Source: a bacterium
Lineage (GTDB): Bacteria; Planctomycetota; B15-G4
DNA length: 64,000 nucleotides
NCBI GenBank assembly: GCA_030428785.1
Contig: JAUIEF010000006.1
Coordinates: forward strand, 7,832 to 71,831
Direction of reading: 5' to 3'
Shown piece after piece: positions 18,562 through 28,295 of this stretch. Below the pieces are notes generated by a model, which did not search any database, was not told the DNA's origin, and worked only from the letters and a program-made list of their open reading frames with translations. The first letter of the stretch is position 1; every line of letters begins with the position of its first letter. Both the position numbers and the translations under genes were made by a program.

Positions 18562-20018
18562 CGACGGCGACGCGCTGGGAGCCCGTCATCGGCCTCGAGG
18601 TGCACGTGCACCTCGCGACGTCGAGCAAGATGTTCTGCCGCTGCGAGGCGCGCTTCGGCGCCCCGCCGAACACGCTCGTCTGCCCCGTGTGCACGAGCCA
18701 GCCGGGGACGCTCCCGGTGCTCAACGCGGAGGCGCTGCGGCGCGGCGTGCTCGCGGGCCTCGCGCTCGGCTGCACGATCGACCCGCACACGAAGTTCGAC
18801 CGGAAGAACTACTTCTATCCGGACCTGCCCAAGGGCTACCAGATCTCGCAGTTCGACCGGCCGCTCTGTCGCGACGGACGGTTCCGCTACCGCATGCCCG
18901 ACGGCGCGGACCGCGAGGCGACGATCGTGCGCGCGCACCTCGAGGAGGACTCGGGGAAGATCATCCACCCCGAGGGCATGGACCTCTCGCTCGTGGACCT
19001 CAACCGCGCGGGCACGCCGCTGCTCGAGATCGTGTCCGGCCCCGACCTCCACTCGCCGGAGGAGGCCATGGCCTACCTCCAGGAGCTGCGCCGCACGCTC
19101 CGCGCCGTGGGCGCCGGCGACTGCGACATGGAGAAGGGCGGCTTCCGCTGCGACGCGAACGTCTCGCTGCGGCCGGCCGGCACCGAGACGCTCGGCACGC
19201 GCACCGAGACCAAGAACCTCAACTCCTTCAAGTTCGTGGCGGGCGCGCTCCAGGCCGAGATCGAGCGGCAGGGGGCGGTGCTCGACGGCGGCGGCGAGGT
19301 CGTGCAGCAGACGATGGCGTACGACCCCGTGTCCGGGCGCACGCGCCCGCTGCGCGGCAAGGAGGACGCCCACGACTACCGCTACTTCCCCGAGCCGGAC
19401 CTCCCCGAGTTCCGCGTGGACCCGGCCTGGGTCGAGACGCTCCGCGCGTCGCTGCCGGAGCTCCCCCACGACCGGCACGCGCGCTACACCGGCGAGCTCG
19501 GGCTCTCGGCGGGCGACGCCGACGCGCTCGTCGCGGAGCGCGAGCTCGGCGACTACTTCGAGGCCGCCGTCGCGATCACCGGGCGTCCGAAGGAGACCGC
19601 GAACTGGCTGCTCACCGAGGTGCTGCGCCTCGTGAACGAGCGGAAGATCGCGCTGGGCGAGCTCGCGCTCGGGCCCGAGCGGCTCGCGGAGCTCGTGCAG
19701 CTCGTCGACGCGGGCGGCGTCTCCGTGCAGGCCGGCCGCCGGCTGGCGACGGAGATGGAGGTGCGCCCCGACGCGACGGCCGCCGCGCTCGCCGAGGAGC
19801 TCGACCTCGTGCAGGTCTCCGACGACGGCGCGCTGCGGGCGCTCGTCGACGAGGTGGTCGGACAGGAGACGGACGTCGTCGAGCGCTACCGCGGCGGCAA
19901 CGCGGGGCTGCTCAACGCGCTGCTCGGCTCGGTCATGAAGGCGTCGCGCGGCAAGGCCGACCCGAAGGCCGCGCGCGAGCTGCTGCTCGAGACCCTCGGA
20001 CCCGCCGGCGACGGCTGA
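18558..20018 (+). CDS. gatB: Asp/Glu-tRNA amidotransferase subunit B
   Basis: VIGLEVH, FDRKNYFYPDLPKGYQISQ, RCDANVS, DYRYFPEPDL; GTGA overlap with gatA. Confidence 0.97.
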   Translation: MTTATRWEPVIGLEVHVHLATSSKMFCRCEARFGAPPNTLVCPVCTSQPGTLPVLNAEALRRGVLAGLALGCTIDPHTKFDRKNYFYPDLPKGYQISQFDRPLCRDGRFRYRMPDGADREATIVRAHLEEDSGKIIHPEGMDLSLVDLNRAGTPLLEIVSGPDLHSPEEAMAYLQELRRTLRAVGAGDCDMEKGGFRCDANVSLRPAGTETLGTRTETKNLNSFKFVAGALQAEIERQGAVLDGGGEVVQQTMAYDPVSGRTRPLRGKEDAHDYRYFPEPDLPEFRVDPAWVETLRASLPELPHDRHARYTGELGLSAGDADALVAERELGDYFEAAVAITGRPKETANWLLTEVLRLVNERKIALGELALGPERLAELVQLVDAGGVSVQAGRRLATEMEVRPDATAAALAEELDLVQVSDDGALRALVDEVVGQETDVVERYRGGNAGLLNALLGSVMKASRGKADPKAARELLLETLGPAGDG

Positions 20019-20066
20019 GGTCGCGGCCCGCCCGCCCGCGCGGCGGCGCCGGCCGGGCTCGCGATC

Positions 20067-21020
20067 TCAGGCGTCCGCCTCGGGCGGCTCCGGCGGCGGG
20101 GCCGGCGCGTCCTCCTCGGCGTCGAGCGCGGCCTCCATCTCCTCGGCCCAGCGCACGACGAAGACGTCGAAGTCCTCGAGCTCCTCCATGCTCAGCGGGA
20201 GGTGCCCGAAGACGTGCCGGAAGAAGGGCTCGCCGCCGTACGCGTGGGCGGCTTCTGCGAACTCCCAGCCCTGCACGTACTGCACGAGCTTCATGCGGCC
20301 GATGCCGTTGCCGAGGCCGGCGAGGACGTCCATGCCGACGCTCCCGTCGCTCTCGACCATGACGGCGTTGCGCGCGCGGTCGAGGTCCGGCTTGGGGAGC
20401 GCCTCGACGCCGGCGACGTCGCACGCGAGCTGCGACGCGTAGCTCGCGCGGCCCTCGAGCAGCGACATCTGCGTGTGGATGTCGAGCACGGCGCCCGGGT
20501 CCTCCATGACCGCCGTGAGCTCGGACGGGTCGGGGACGCAGCCGTACACCTGGTCGTCGTACGCGTGCACGAGCTCGTGCGCGAGGACCGGGAAGAGCAG
20601 CTCGCGCGCCAGGTCGCGGTCGCCGCCCGCGAGCGAGACGACGACGTCCTCGATGACGTAGATCACCTGCTCGTCGGGCAGGTAGCGGCCGAGCATGCGG
20701 TCGCCGAACATCGCGTCGGCCATGAAGTCCACGGCGACCGTGAATCCGGAGTCCTCGTCGAGGTCCGCGACGTACGCGCGGCGCCGCTCGCGCGCCTCCG
20801 CCGCCGTGAGCAGCAGGACGGGGACGGACTCGGGGAGCACGATGCCGGCGCCCTCGTCGAGCGCGGCGAGCGCCTCTGTCGTCATCGCGTCGAGCGCCTG
20901 CTGGGAGACGAGGCCGTCGGCGCCGGTGTCGTCGTGGCAGGCGACGAGCGGCGCGGCGAGGGCCGGCAGGAGGAGCATCGGCAGGGCCGCGGCGAGCAGG
21001 CGGCGGACGGTGGTCGGCAT
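20067..21020 (-). CDS. Lipoprotein with HExxH zinc-metallopeptidase motif
   Basis: Lipobox-like LVAC; AHELVHAYDDQ; downstream LLEGRASY. Confidence 0.7.
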   Translation of the reverse strand: MPTTVRRLLAAALPMLLLPALAAPLVACHDDTGADGLVSQQALDAMTTEALAALDEGAGIVLPESVPVLLLTAAEARERRRAYVADLDEDSGFTVAVDFMADAMFGDRMLGRYLPDEQVIYVIEDVVVSLAGGDRDLARELLFPVLAHELVHAYDDQVYGCVPDPSELTAVMEDPGAVLDIHTQMSLLEGRASYASQLACDVAGVEALPKPDLDRARNAVMVESDGSVGMDVLAGLGNGIGRMKLVQYVQGWEFAEAAHAYGGEPFFRHVFGHLPLSMEELEDFDVFVVRWAEEMEAALDAEEDAPAPPPEPPEADA

Positions 21021-21110
21021 GGGACGGAGGATCCGGGGGAGTCGGCGGAGGGGCGCGCCGCGGCGCGGGCCCGACCCGCGGGCGTCCATCGGTCGCGGGC
21101 CGGGTCGGGG

Positions 21111-21292
21111 CTAGCCTGACCTATTCACGGGCACCGTCGCGAGAGCGCGAATGAGTCTTCGTGGCAAGGCGGAGCGCCGCTCGCCACCGGAGGCGGGGCG
21201 TCGCCCCGTCGAGGATGGCGAGTGGTGTTCCAACGCAGTCCACGAAGGCTCATTCGCGTTCGCAGCAGGTGTCCGTGAATCGGTCGGGCTAG
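21111..21292 (+). mobile_element. CTAG-bounded long imperfect palindrome (MITE/REP-like element, copy A, 182 bp)
   Basis: Nested inverted repeats: CTAGCCTGACC/GGTCGGGCTAG, ATTCACGGGCACC/GGTGTCCGTGAAT, GCGAATGAGTCTTCGTGG/CCACGAAGGCTCATTCGC, GAGCGCCGCTCGCC/GGCGAGTGGTGTTC. Mobility is inferred. Confidence 0.75.
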
Positions 21293-21329
21293 GATGCGCG
21301 ACCCGTCCGGCCCGCGCGAGGATCCTCCG

Positions 21330-23090
21330 ATGATCGCCTGTCTGCTCCCGTTCGTCGCGCTCCTTCTCCAGGGCGCGACCGTGACGCCGCCCGCGGCCGA
21401 CGAGGCGGCCGTCGTCGCCGAGGACCTCGCCGCGGCGCGCGCGCTCTTCGAGCGCAACCTCCAGGCGATCCGCGACCGCGACCGGGAGGCCTACCTCGAC
21501 TGCTACCTCCGCTCGCCGAACCTCGTGCGCGTCGGGCCCGAGGGGCCGGAGCGCGGCTTCGACGGGCTCGCCGCCTCCCTGGGCGACGACTGGCCGGACC
21601 GCCTCGCCGCGCGCGACCTCCGGCTCGAGTGGCTCGCGCCGGGGCTCGTCTTCGGCACCTACCGGTATCACGTCGTGTTCGACGGCGTCGCGGCGCACGG
21701 CCTCTCCGAGCGGCTGTTCCGCGAGACGCCGGACGGCTGGCGCATCGCCGTGACGACGGCGCACCCCGCGCCGCCCGGCACGCCCCCGCCGGCGCTCGCG
21801 CTCTCGGGCGCGACCGTGCTCGACGGCGAGGGCGGCGTCGTGGAGGACGCGCTCGTCGTCGTGGAGGACGGGGTCATCGCGTCCGTCGGGCCGCGCGCGG
21901 GCGCGTCGGTCCCCGAGGACGCGACGCTCGTCGACCTCTCGGGGCGCTTCCTCGTGCCCGGCCTCGTGGACACGCACGTGCACTACGGGCAGTCCGGCTG
22001 GGCCGACGGTCGGCCGGACTCCTTCGACGTGCGCGACGCGTGGCCGTACGCGGAGACCGTCGCCGCGCTCCGGACGCACCCGGAGCGCCTGCACCGCGCG
22101 CTCCTCGCGTGCGGCATCACGTCGGCGCTCGACTGCGGCGGCTACGCGTGGAGCCGCCGGCTCGCCGCGGACAGCCTCGACGACCCCGAGGCGCCGCGCG
22201 TGCGCGCCGCGGGACCGCTGCTCGCGACCTTCGTGCCGGACATCCTCTCGCTGCCGGCGGAGCACCAGTTCGTGCCCATGCTCGACGAGGACGGCGTGCG
22301 CGCGGCGGTGGCGAGCCACGCCGCGCAGGGCGGCGACGCGATCAAGGTGTGGATCGTGCTCGTCGACCGGACGCTCGAGGAGGTCGCGCCGCTCGTCCAC
22401 GCGGCGGGCGCGGCCGCGCGCGAGCACGGGCTGCCGCTCCTCGTCCACGCGACGGACCTCGAGGCGGCGCGCGTCGCCGTCGCGGCGGGCGCGGACCTGC
22501 TCGTGCACAGCGTCGACGACGCGCCCGTCGACGACGCGTTCGTCGAGGCCTGCCTCGCGAGCGGCGTCGCGTACTGCCCGACGCTCGTCGTGGTCGACGG
22601 GTACCTGCGCCTCCGGGACCGCCGGGTGCCGGCGGGATTCCTGGAGCGGCTCGACGAGGTCTCGCCGTGGGTCGCGGAGCGGCTCGCCGCGCGACCGCTC
22701 GAGGAGTCCGAGGATCTCGCCGACCCGTACGCCGCCCGCCGGGCGACGATGGCGGCCAACCTCGTCCGGCTCGCGGAGGCCGGCGTGCCCGTCGTGCTCG
22801 GCACGGACGCGGGCAACCCGCTCACGCTCCACGGCCCGTCCGTGCGCGACGAGCTGCAAGCCATGGTCGACGCCGGACTTGCGCCCGAGCGGGTGATCCG
22901 GGCCGCGACCGCCGACGCCGCCCGGGCCGCGGGTTTCCCCGACGCCGGTCGGCTCCGGCCCGGCGCGCGGGCGGACGCGCTCGTGCTCGACGAGGATCCG
23001 CGCCTCGACGTCACCCGTCTCGGCCGTCCGCGGCTCGTGCTGCGCGGCGGGGTGCTCCACCGGCGCGAGGACCTGCTCGGGACGCCCTGA
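21330..23090 (+). CDS. Secreted amidohydrolase with N-terminal NTF2/SnoaL-like domain
   Basis: Signal peptide; NTF2-like segment ending DGWRIAVT; PGLVDTHVH, DAIKVW, LLVHA, LLVHS, GTDAG, GARADALVL. Confidence 0.88.
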   Translation: MIACLLPFVALLLQGATVTPPAADEAAVVAEDLAAARALFERNLQAIRDRDREAYLDCYLRSPNLVRVGPEGPERGFDGLAASLGDDWPDRLAARDLRLEWLAPGLVFGTYRYHVVFDGVAAHGLSERLFRETPDGWRIAVTTAHPAPPGTPPPALALSGATVLDGEGGVVEDALVVVEDGVIASVGPRAGASVPEDATLVDLSGRFLVPGLVDTHVHYGQSGWADGRPDSFDVRDAWPYAETVAALRTHPERLHRALLACGITSALDCGGYAWSRRLAADSLDDPEAPRVRAAGPLLATFVPDILSLPAEHQFVPMLDEDGVRAAVASHAAQGGDAIKVWIVLVDRTLEEVAPLVHAAGAAAREHGLPLLVHATDLEAARVAVAAGADLLVHSVDDAPVDDAFVEACLASGVAYCPTLVVVDGYLRLRDRRVPAGFLERLDEVSPWVAERLAARPLEESEDLADPYAARRATMAANLVRLAEAGVPVVLGTDAGNPLTLHGPSVRDELQAMVDAGLAPERVIRAATADAARAAGFPDAGRLRPGARADALVLDEDPRLDVTRLGRPRLVLRGGVLHRREDLLGTP

Positions 23091-23248
23091 CCCGGCGCTC
23101 CGCGCGACTCCAGCCCGGGGCGTCAGGTGACCGATGTGTCTCCACGGGTCGCACCGATCGGGATAAGATGAAGTCGACGGGCTCCACGGCAGGGAACCCC
23201 GATCCCTCCCTGCCGGCTCACCACGGCACAGACACGCTCCATCCTCCG

Positions 23249-26200
23249 ATGATCCCATCTCTCCGTCGGCTGGTCGTCCTCCTCTCCGCCCTCCTCGCGC
23301 TGGCCTCGAGCGCAACCTCCCAGGCGACGATCTACGCGCCCGGGTGCGGCGGGGTGAACCCGCCGCCGACGGTGACGTTCGGCGGCAGCCTCACCCCCGG
23401 CGGGCAGTCGGTCATCCACCTCTCCGGCCTGACCCCGAACACCCTCGTCGCGCTGGGTGTCGGCACGAAGAACACGAACCCGGACGGTTCGCTGCTCGAG
23501 ATCCCCGTCGGTCACATCGACGGCGTGAGCCCGGGCTGCACGTTCAACGTCCAGCCGGGGATCATCATCCAGTTCCCGTCGGACGCCCTGGGCGAGGCGC
23601 ACCTCTACTTCACGATGCCCAACTACCTGGGGCCGAAGATCTGCTTCCAGTTCGCGGCGGTGGAGTCGACGACGCCGCTCAGCATCGGCATCTCCGAGGC
23701 GCTCCAGGTGCTGCTCGACGCGACCGTCGTGCCGTCCTCGACCGACGTGGACTTCGGCGCGCAGGAGATGGGCGTCACGAGCGACGCGCAGACGCTCACG
23801 CTCACCAACGGCGCCGACGTGCCGTACCAGATCAACGACCTGCTCATCTTCGACGGCGAGGCCTCGGACTTCTCCGCGGTGTTCACGTCGGGGCCGACGC
23901 CGGTGGTCATCCCGCCCGGCGGCACGGCGGACGTCGAGATCACGTTCACGCCCGGCTTCCCGGGCGAGCGCGCGACGAACCTCCAGATCGTGCACGACGC
24001 GCTCATCCCGTTCGCCGCCGACCCGGTCGTCGAGCTGCGGGGTTCGGGCATCGGCGGGCCGGGCGAGGAGGTGCTCCTCGACTGCGGCTCGGCCGACCTC
24101 TACATGGACAGCACGTTCCAGCTCTGGGCGCCCGACTACGGGGCCGTGGGCGGGGTGCCGTTCACGAACCCCGACCCGGTGCCCGGCTCGCCGGACCCGG
24201 ACCTGCTCAAGAGCTACCGCGCCGGCGCGATCTTCCAGTACGCGATCGAGGTGCCGGACGCCGACTACGAGGTCTCGCTGCACTTCGTCGACTTCACGGT
24301 CACGGCGCCGGGCCAGCGGCTCATGGACATCTCGGCCGAGGGCGCGCTGGTCCTCGACGACCTGGACGTCTTCGCGCTCGTCGGTCAGGACGTGCCGCAC
24401 GTCGAGTCCTTCCCCGTTACGGTGTCCGACGGCGTGCTCGACCTCGACTTCGAGCGTGTCACGGGGACGTGCATCGTCTCGGCCATCGAGGTGCGCAAGC
24501 AGTTCGCGGCGCTCGACGTCACGCCGACGACCGTGCACGACTTCGGGTTCGTCGACCAGGGCAACTTCACGACGTTGGAGCTCGTCGCCGAGAACACGGG
24601 CACGCTGCCCGTCGACGTGACCTCGGTGGAGTTCGTCGTCGACGCGGGCGCCGGCCACGAGTTCACCATCGACCTCGACGGCAACCTGTTCTCCGGCGCG
24701 GAGGACACGATCACCTGGCCCGCGTCGATCCCGCTGTCGCCCGGCGTCCCCGTGGACCTCGACGTGATCTTCGCGCCCTCGGAGCACGGCTCGAACGACG
24801 TCCACGTCGTGCTGCGCGGCAACTTCCCCGACGTGACCCTCGACCTCACGGGCACGGGCGGCGTCGGCGGGCACCCGTTCCTGCACGTCGTCATCGACCC
24901 CGTGCCCATCGCCGTGGACTACGACGGCGACGGGTTCGAGGACGTCGACGTGGACGGCAGCTTCTCGCACACGCACGAGCCGGGTCACGAGCTCACGACC
25001 TTCACCTGGAAGGAGGGCACGACGACCCTCGCGACGGGCGACCTCGCGACGCTGAACCTGCCCGTCGGCGACCACACGATCTGCCTCACCATCGAGGACG
25101 ACAACCTGCCGCCCGAGGCGCTCACGGACTGCGCCGAGGTGCGGGTCGTCACGCCGGCGGACGTGCCGGGCGTCGACGTCCACTACTACGACACGGACCC
25201 GGCGGCGCCCGCCACGGTGCTCGACAGCCTGCCGGCGTCGGCGGACTGGATCGAGGTGCTCGACAGCTTCCTCGTCGAGCCCAACCCCGCCGTGGGCGGC
25301 TCGCCGTTCAGCGGGAACGTCGTCGTCCAGCTCACGGCCGACGTGCTCATCGAGACGGCCGGCGACTACGACTTCGCGGTCGCGGGCGGCGCCGGCAGCC
25401 GGCTCTACGTGGACGGCGTGTCGTACACCGGCACCGTGACGCTGCCGGCGGGCCCCGTCCCGGTCGAGGCGCGCTTCGCGGTCGACTCCATCGCCAACCT
25501 GCCGGTCGAGGTGCTCATGGCCGAGGTCGGCCAGATGCCGGCCGCCATCGACCCCTCGCTGCTCACGCACGACGAGTCGGACGACGTCCCCTTCATCAAC
25601 ACGATGCCCCCGGACGGCAGCACCTCGGGCGGCAACGTCGTGACCATCTCCGGCTCCGGCTTCTTCCCCGCGTCGAGCACCGTCGTGCACTGGGGCGCGC
25701 AGGACCTGACGATCGCCGACTTCTCGAGCATCGACGTCGACCAGATCACGTTCAGCACGCCCGCGCACTCGCCGGGCTTCATCTCCGTGACGGTCGAGAC
25801 GCCCGCGGGCATCAGCAACGCGGTGATGTTCGAGTACACGGAGGACGCGCCGCCGCCGATCGTGTTCACGATGCACACGTTCTCGAGCTTCTGGCCCAAC
25901 AAGCCCACCGCGGCCGCGTGGGGTCCCGACGGCCGGCTGTACATCGGCACGCGCAGCGGCATCGTCGTCGCCGTCGAGGTCGACGAGGACTACAACGAGA
26001 TCTCGAAGACGCTCTACACGGGCGTGTCGAACGAGTCGAACCCCGAGATCATGGGGATCGCGTTCAACCCGTTCGACCCGCCGAGCCCCGTGACGGTCTA
26101 CGTGAGCCACGGCGAGCTCTACGCGCAGGGCGGCTCCACGCCCACGGGGCCGTCGCCCTACAACGGACAGGTGAGCGTGCTCACCGGGCCGACGTTCGAC

Positions 26201-28261
26201 TCGCCGACGCCGCTCATCACGGGCCTGCCCGTGAGCAACCACGACCACGCCATCAACGGCATGGTCTTCGACCACAACGGCGACCTGCTGCTCTGCAGCG
26301 GCGGCAACACGAACGCGGGCATCGCGCACGACCTCATCGGCGGCGTGCCCGAGTCGCCGCTCACGGCCGCGATCCTCAAGGCGCGCACCTCCGACCCCGG
26401 CTTCAACGGCGCGATCACCTACACGCACAGCTCGACGATGCTGCCGTCCACCGACCAGATGGAGGGCGAGGACGTCGACGTGGACGCCGGGGTCGACGTG
26501 TTCGTGCACGCGCCCGGGCTGCGCAGCCCGTTCGACCTCGAGCTCACGACGAGCGGCTACCTCTACGCGACGGACAACGGCCCGAACGGCGGGCTGGGCA
26601 ACGGCTCGGCGGGCCCCTCCACCGACAGCGGCACCGCGGCCACCGCGGACGAGCTGCTGCTCGTCGAGGCGGGCGTCTACGACGGGCACGCGAACCGGAA
26701 CCGCGGTCGCTACGACCCCCGCGAGTACATCTACCGCAACACGAGCATCCCGAGCATCCCGGGTGAGTTCCGGCAGAAGCTCCAGAGCCTGAGCTCCTCC
26801 ACGGACGGCATCGCGGAGTACCGGGCGACGACCTTCGGCGGGCAGATGAAGGGCGACCTGCTCGTGCAGCGCTGGAAGGGCTACCTGTCGCGCATCGTGC
26901 TCTCGGACGACGGGCGCTCCGTGGTCTCGATGTCGAACATCGAGCCGCGCACGGACGCGCTCGGCGTGACGACCGGTCCGGGCGGCGCGATCATCGGCGT
27001 GAAGTACCAGGGCCACCAGATGGACGTGCTCGTGCCGCAGGACGTCGGCGCGGTGGGCGTCACGGCCTACGACATCTTCCCGTGGCGCGCGCTCGCGACG
27101 GGCGGCGACGAGTTCGTCATCGGCGGCGCCAACTTCGACACGCTCGCGAACACGACCGTGACGATCGGCGGCGTGCCGGCGGCGCTCACCTCGGTGACCT
27201 CGAAGCGCATCCACGGCATCGTGCCGGCGGCGATCTCTCCGTCGACCGACCTGCTCGACGTCGTCGTGACCTCGGGTCCCGAGCAGTCGACCATCCCGGA
27301 CGCGTTCCGCTACCTCTTCGTGCCGGCGGGCGGCGAGCCGGGCCGCTGGATCCCGGGCGTCTCCCAGATGACCGCGTCCATGGGCGAGGTCGCGGTGGGC
27401 GAGATCGACGGCAAGCTCTACGTCGTCGGCGACGGCCCCAACGACGACACGCGCGTGTACGACATCGCCGCGGACTCGTGGAGCGTCATCACGAGCCCCG
27501 ACCGTCCCTTCCCCGGTGACCACCACGCCGCCGAGGTCATCGACGGCAAGCTCTACCTCTTCGGCGGGTACGGCGGCGGCGCCGAGGGCAAGGTCCAGAT
27601 CTACGACCCGGTGCTCAACACATGGAGCCTCGGCGCGGACATGCCGTGGAACGGGTTCTCGAGCGCGACGGCGGTCATCGACGGGCTGGTCTACGTGGCC
27701 GGCGGCGTCGTCGACAACCTCTTCACGACCGACGAGGTGGCGGCCTACGACCCGGTGCTGGACGCCTGGTCGTCCCGGCTGGCCCCCATGGTCGACGCCC
27801 GGAACCACGCGGCGGCCGGCACGGACGGCGAGAAGCTGTGGGTCTTCGGCGGGCGCGGGCCGGGCAGCGGCGACACGAACGTGCTGGCGAACGGCTTCGC
27901 GGACGTCCAGGTCTACGACCCGCTCACGAACACCTGGGAGTCGAGCAACGACGTCGGCTCCTCGATCTCGCCGATGCCGATCGGGCGTGGCGGGACCGGC
28001 AAGGCGGTGTACTATCAGGGTGAGTTCTACGTGTTCGGAGGCGAGACGCTGAACGGGCCGGGCGCCACGCCGGCGGGCGTCTACGATCGCGTGGACGTGT
28101 ACGACCCCGCCACCGACACGTGGCGCCTCGAGGCGGCGATGCCGAGCGCTCGACACGGGATCTTCCCGGTCCTGTTCGAGAGCCGGATCTTCCTGCCGGG
28201 CGGCGCGACGAACAGCGGCAACGGGATCTCTTCCGTTCTCGAGGTGTTCACCCGACAGTGA
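23249..28261 (+). CDS. Large secreted multidomain protein (Ig-like, malectin-like, PKD/PA14-like, IPT/TIG, beta-propeller, Kelch repeats)
   Basis: Signal peptide MIPSLRRLVVLLSALLALASSATSQA. Malectin-like YEVSLHF...GQRLMDISAEG...LDVFALVG; TIG GSTSGGNVVTISGSGF; propeller PTAAAWGPDGRLY and GLRSPF; Kelch GG..YDP..W repeats. Confidence 0.88.
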   Translation: MIPSLRRLVVLLSALLALASSATSQATIYAPGCGGVNPPPTVTFGGSLTPGGQSVIHLSGLTPNTLVALGVGTKNTNPDGSLLEIPVGHIDGVSPGCTFNVQPGIIIQFPSDALGEAHLYFTMPNYLGPKICFQFAAVESTTPLSIGISEALQVLLDATVVPSSTDVDFGAQEMGVTSDAQTLTLTNGADVPYQINDLLIFDGEASDFSAVFTSGPTPVVIPPGGTADVEITFTPGFPGERATNLQIVHDALIPFAADPVVELRGSGIGGPGEEVLLDCGSADLYMDSTFQLWAPDYGAVGGVPFTNPDPVPGSPDPDLLKSYRAGAIFQYAIEVPDADYEVSLHFVDFTVTAPGQRLMDISAEGALVLDDLDVFALVGQDVPHVESFPVTVSDGVLDLDFERVTGTCIVSAIEVRKQFAALDVTPTTVHDFGFVDQGNFTTLELVAENTGTLPVDVTSVEFVVDAGAGHEFTIDLDGNLFSGAEDTITWPASIPLSPGVPVDLDVIFAPSEHGSNDVHVVLRGNFPDVTLDLTGTGGVGGHPFLHVVIDPVPIAVDYDGDGFEDVDVDGSFSHTHEPGHELTTFTWKEGTTTLATGDLATLNLPVGDHTICLTIEDDNLPPEALTDCAEVRVVTPADVPGVDVHYYDTDPAAPATVLDSLPASADWIEVLDSFLVEPNPAVGGSPFSGNVVVQLTADVLIETAGDYDFAVAGGAGSRLYVDGVSYTGTVTLPAGPVPVEARFAVDSIANLPVEVLMAEVGQMPAAIDPSLLTHDESDDVPFINTMPPDGSTSGGNVVTISGSGFFPASSTVVHWGAQDLTIADFSSIDVDQITFSTPAHSPGFISVTVETPAGISNAVMFEYTEDAPPPIVFTMHTFSSFWPNKPTAAAWGPDGRLYIGTRSGIVVAVEVDEDYNEISKTLYTGVSNESNPEIMGIAFNPFDPPSPVTVYVSHGELYAQGGSTPTGPSPYNGQVSVLTGPTFDSPTPLITGLPVSNHDHAINGMVFDHNGDLLLCSGGNTNAGIAHDLIGGVPESPLTAAILKARTSDPGFNGAITYTHSSTMLPSTDQMEGEDVDVDAGVDVFVHAPGLRSPFDLELTTSGYLYATDNGPNGGLGNGSAGPSTDSGTAATADELLLVEAGVYDGHANRNRGRYDPREYIYRNTSIPSIPGEFRQKLQSLSSSTDGIAEYRATTFGGQMKGDLLVQRWKGYLSRIVLSDDGRSVVSMSNIEPRTDALGVTTGPGGAIIGVKYQGHQMDVLVPQDVGAVGVTAYDIFPWRALATGGDEFVIGGANFDTLANTTVTIGGVPAALTSVTSKRIHGIVPAAISPSTDLLDVVVTSGPEQSTIPDAFRYLFVPAGGEPGRWIPGVSQMTASMGEVAVGEIDGKLYVVGDGPNDDTRVYDIAADSWSVITSPDRPFPGDHHAAEVIDGKLYLFGGYGGGAEGKVQIYDPVLNTWSLGADMPWNGFSSATAVIDGLVYVAGGVVDNLFTTDEVAAYDPVLDAWSSRLAPMVDARNHAAAGTDGEKLWVFGGRGPGSGDTNVLANGFADVQVYDPLTNTWESSNDVGSSISPMPIGRGGTGKAVYYQGEFYVFGGETLNGPGATPAGVYDRVDVYDPATDTWRLEAAMPSARHGIFPVLFESRIFLPGGATNSGNGISSVLEVFTRQ

Positions 28262-28295
28262 TCGCGGGCGCGTCGTCGCGCTCGCGACGACGACC

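Noticed and set aside
21629-23248. N-terminal 540 aa of the 2210-aa ORF
   Set aside because: An alternate frame of the amidohydrolase; the real protein begins at the signal peptide, ATG 23249.
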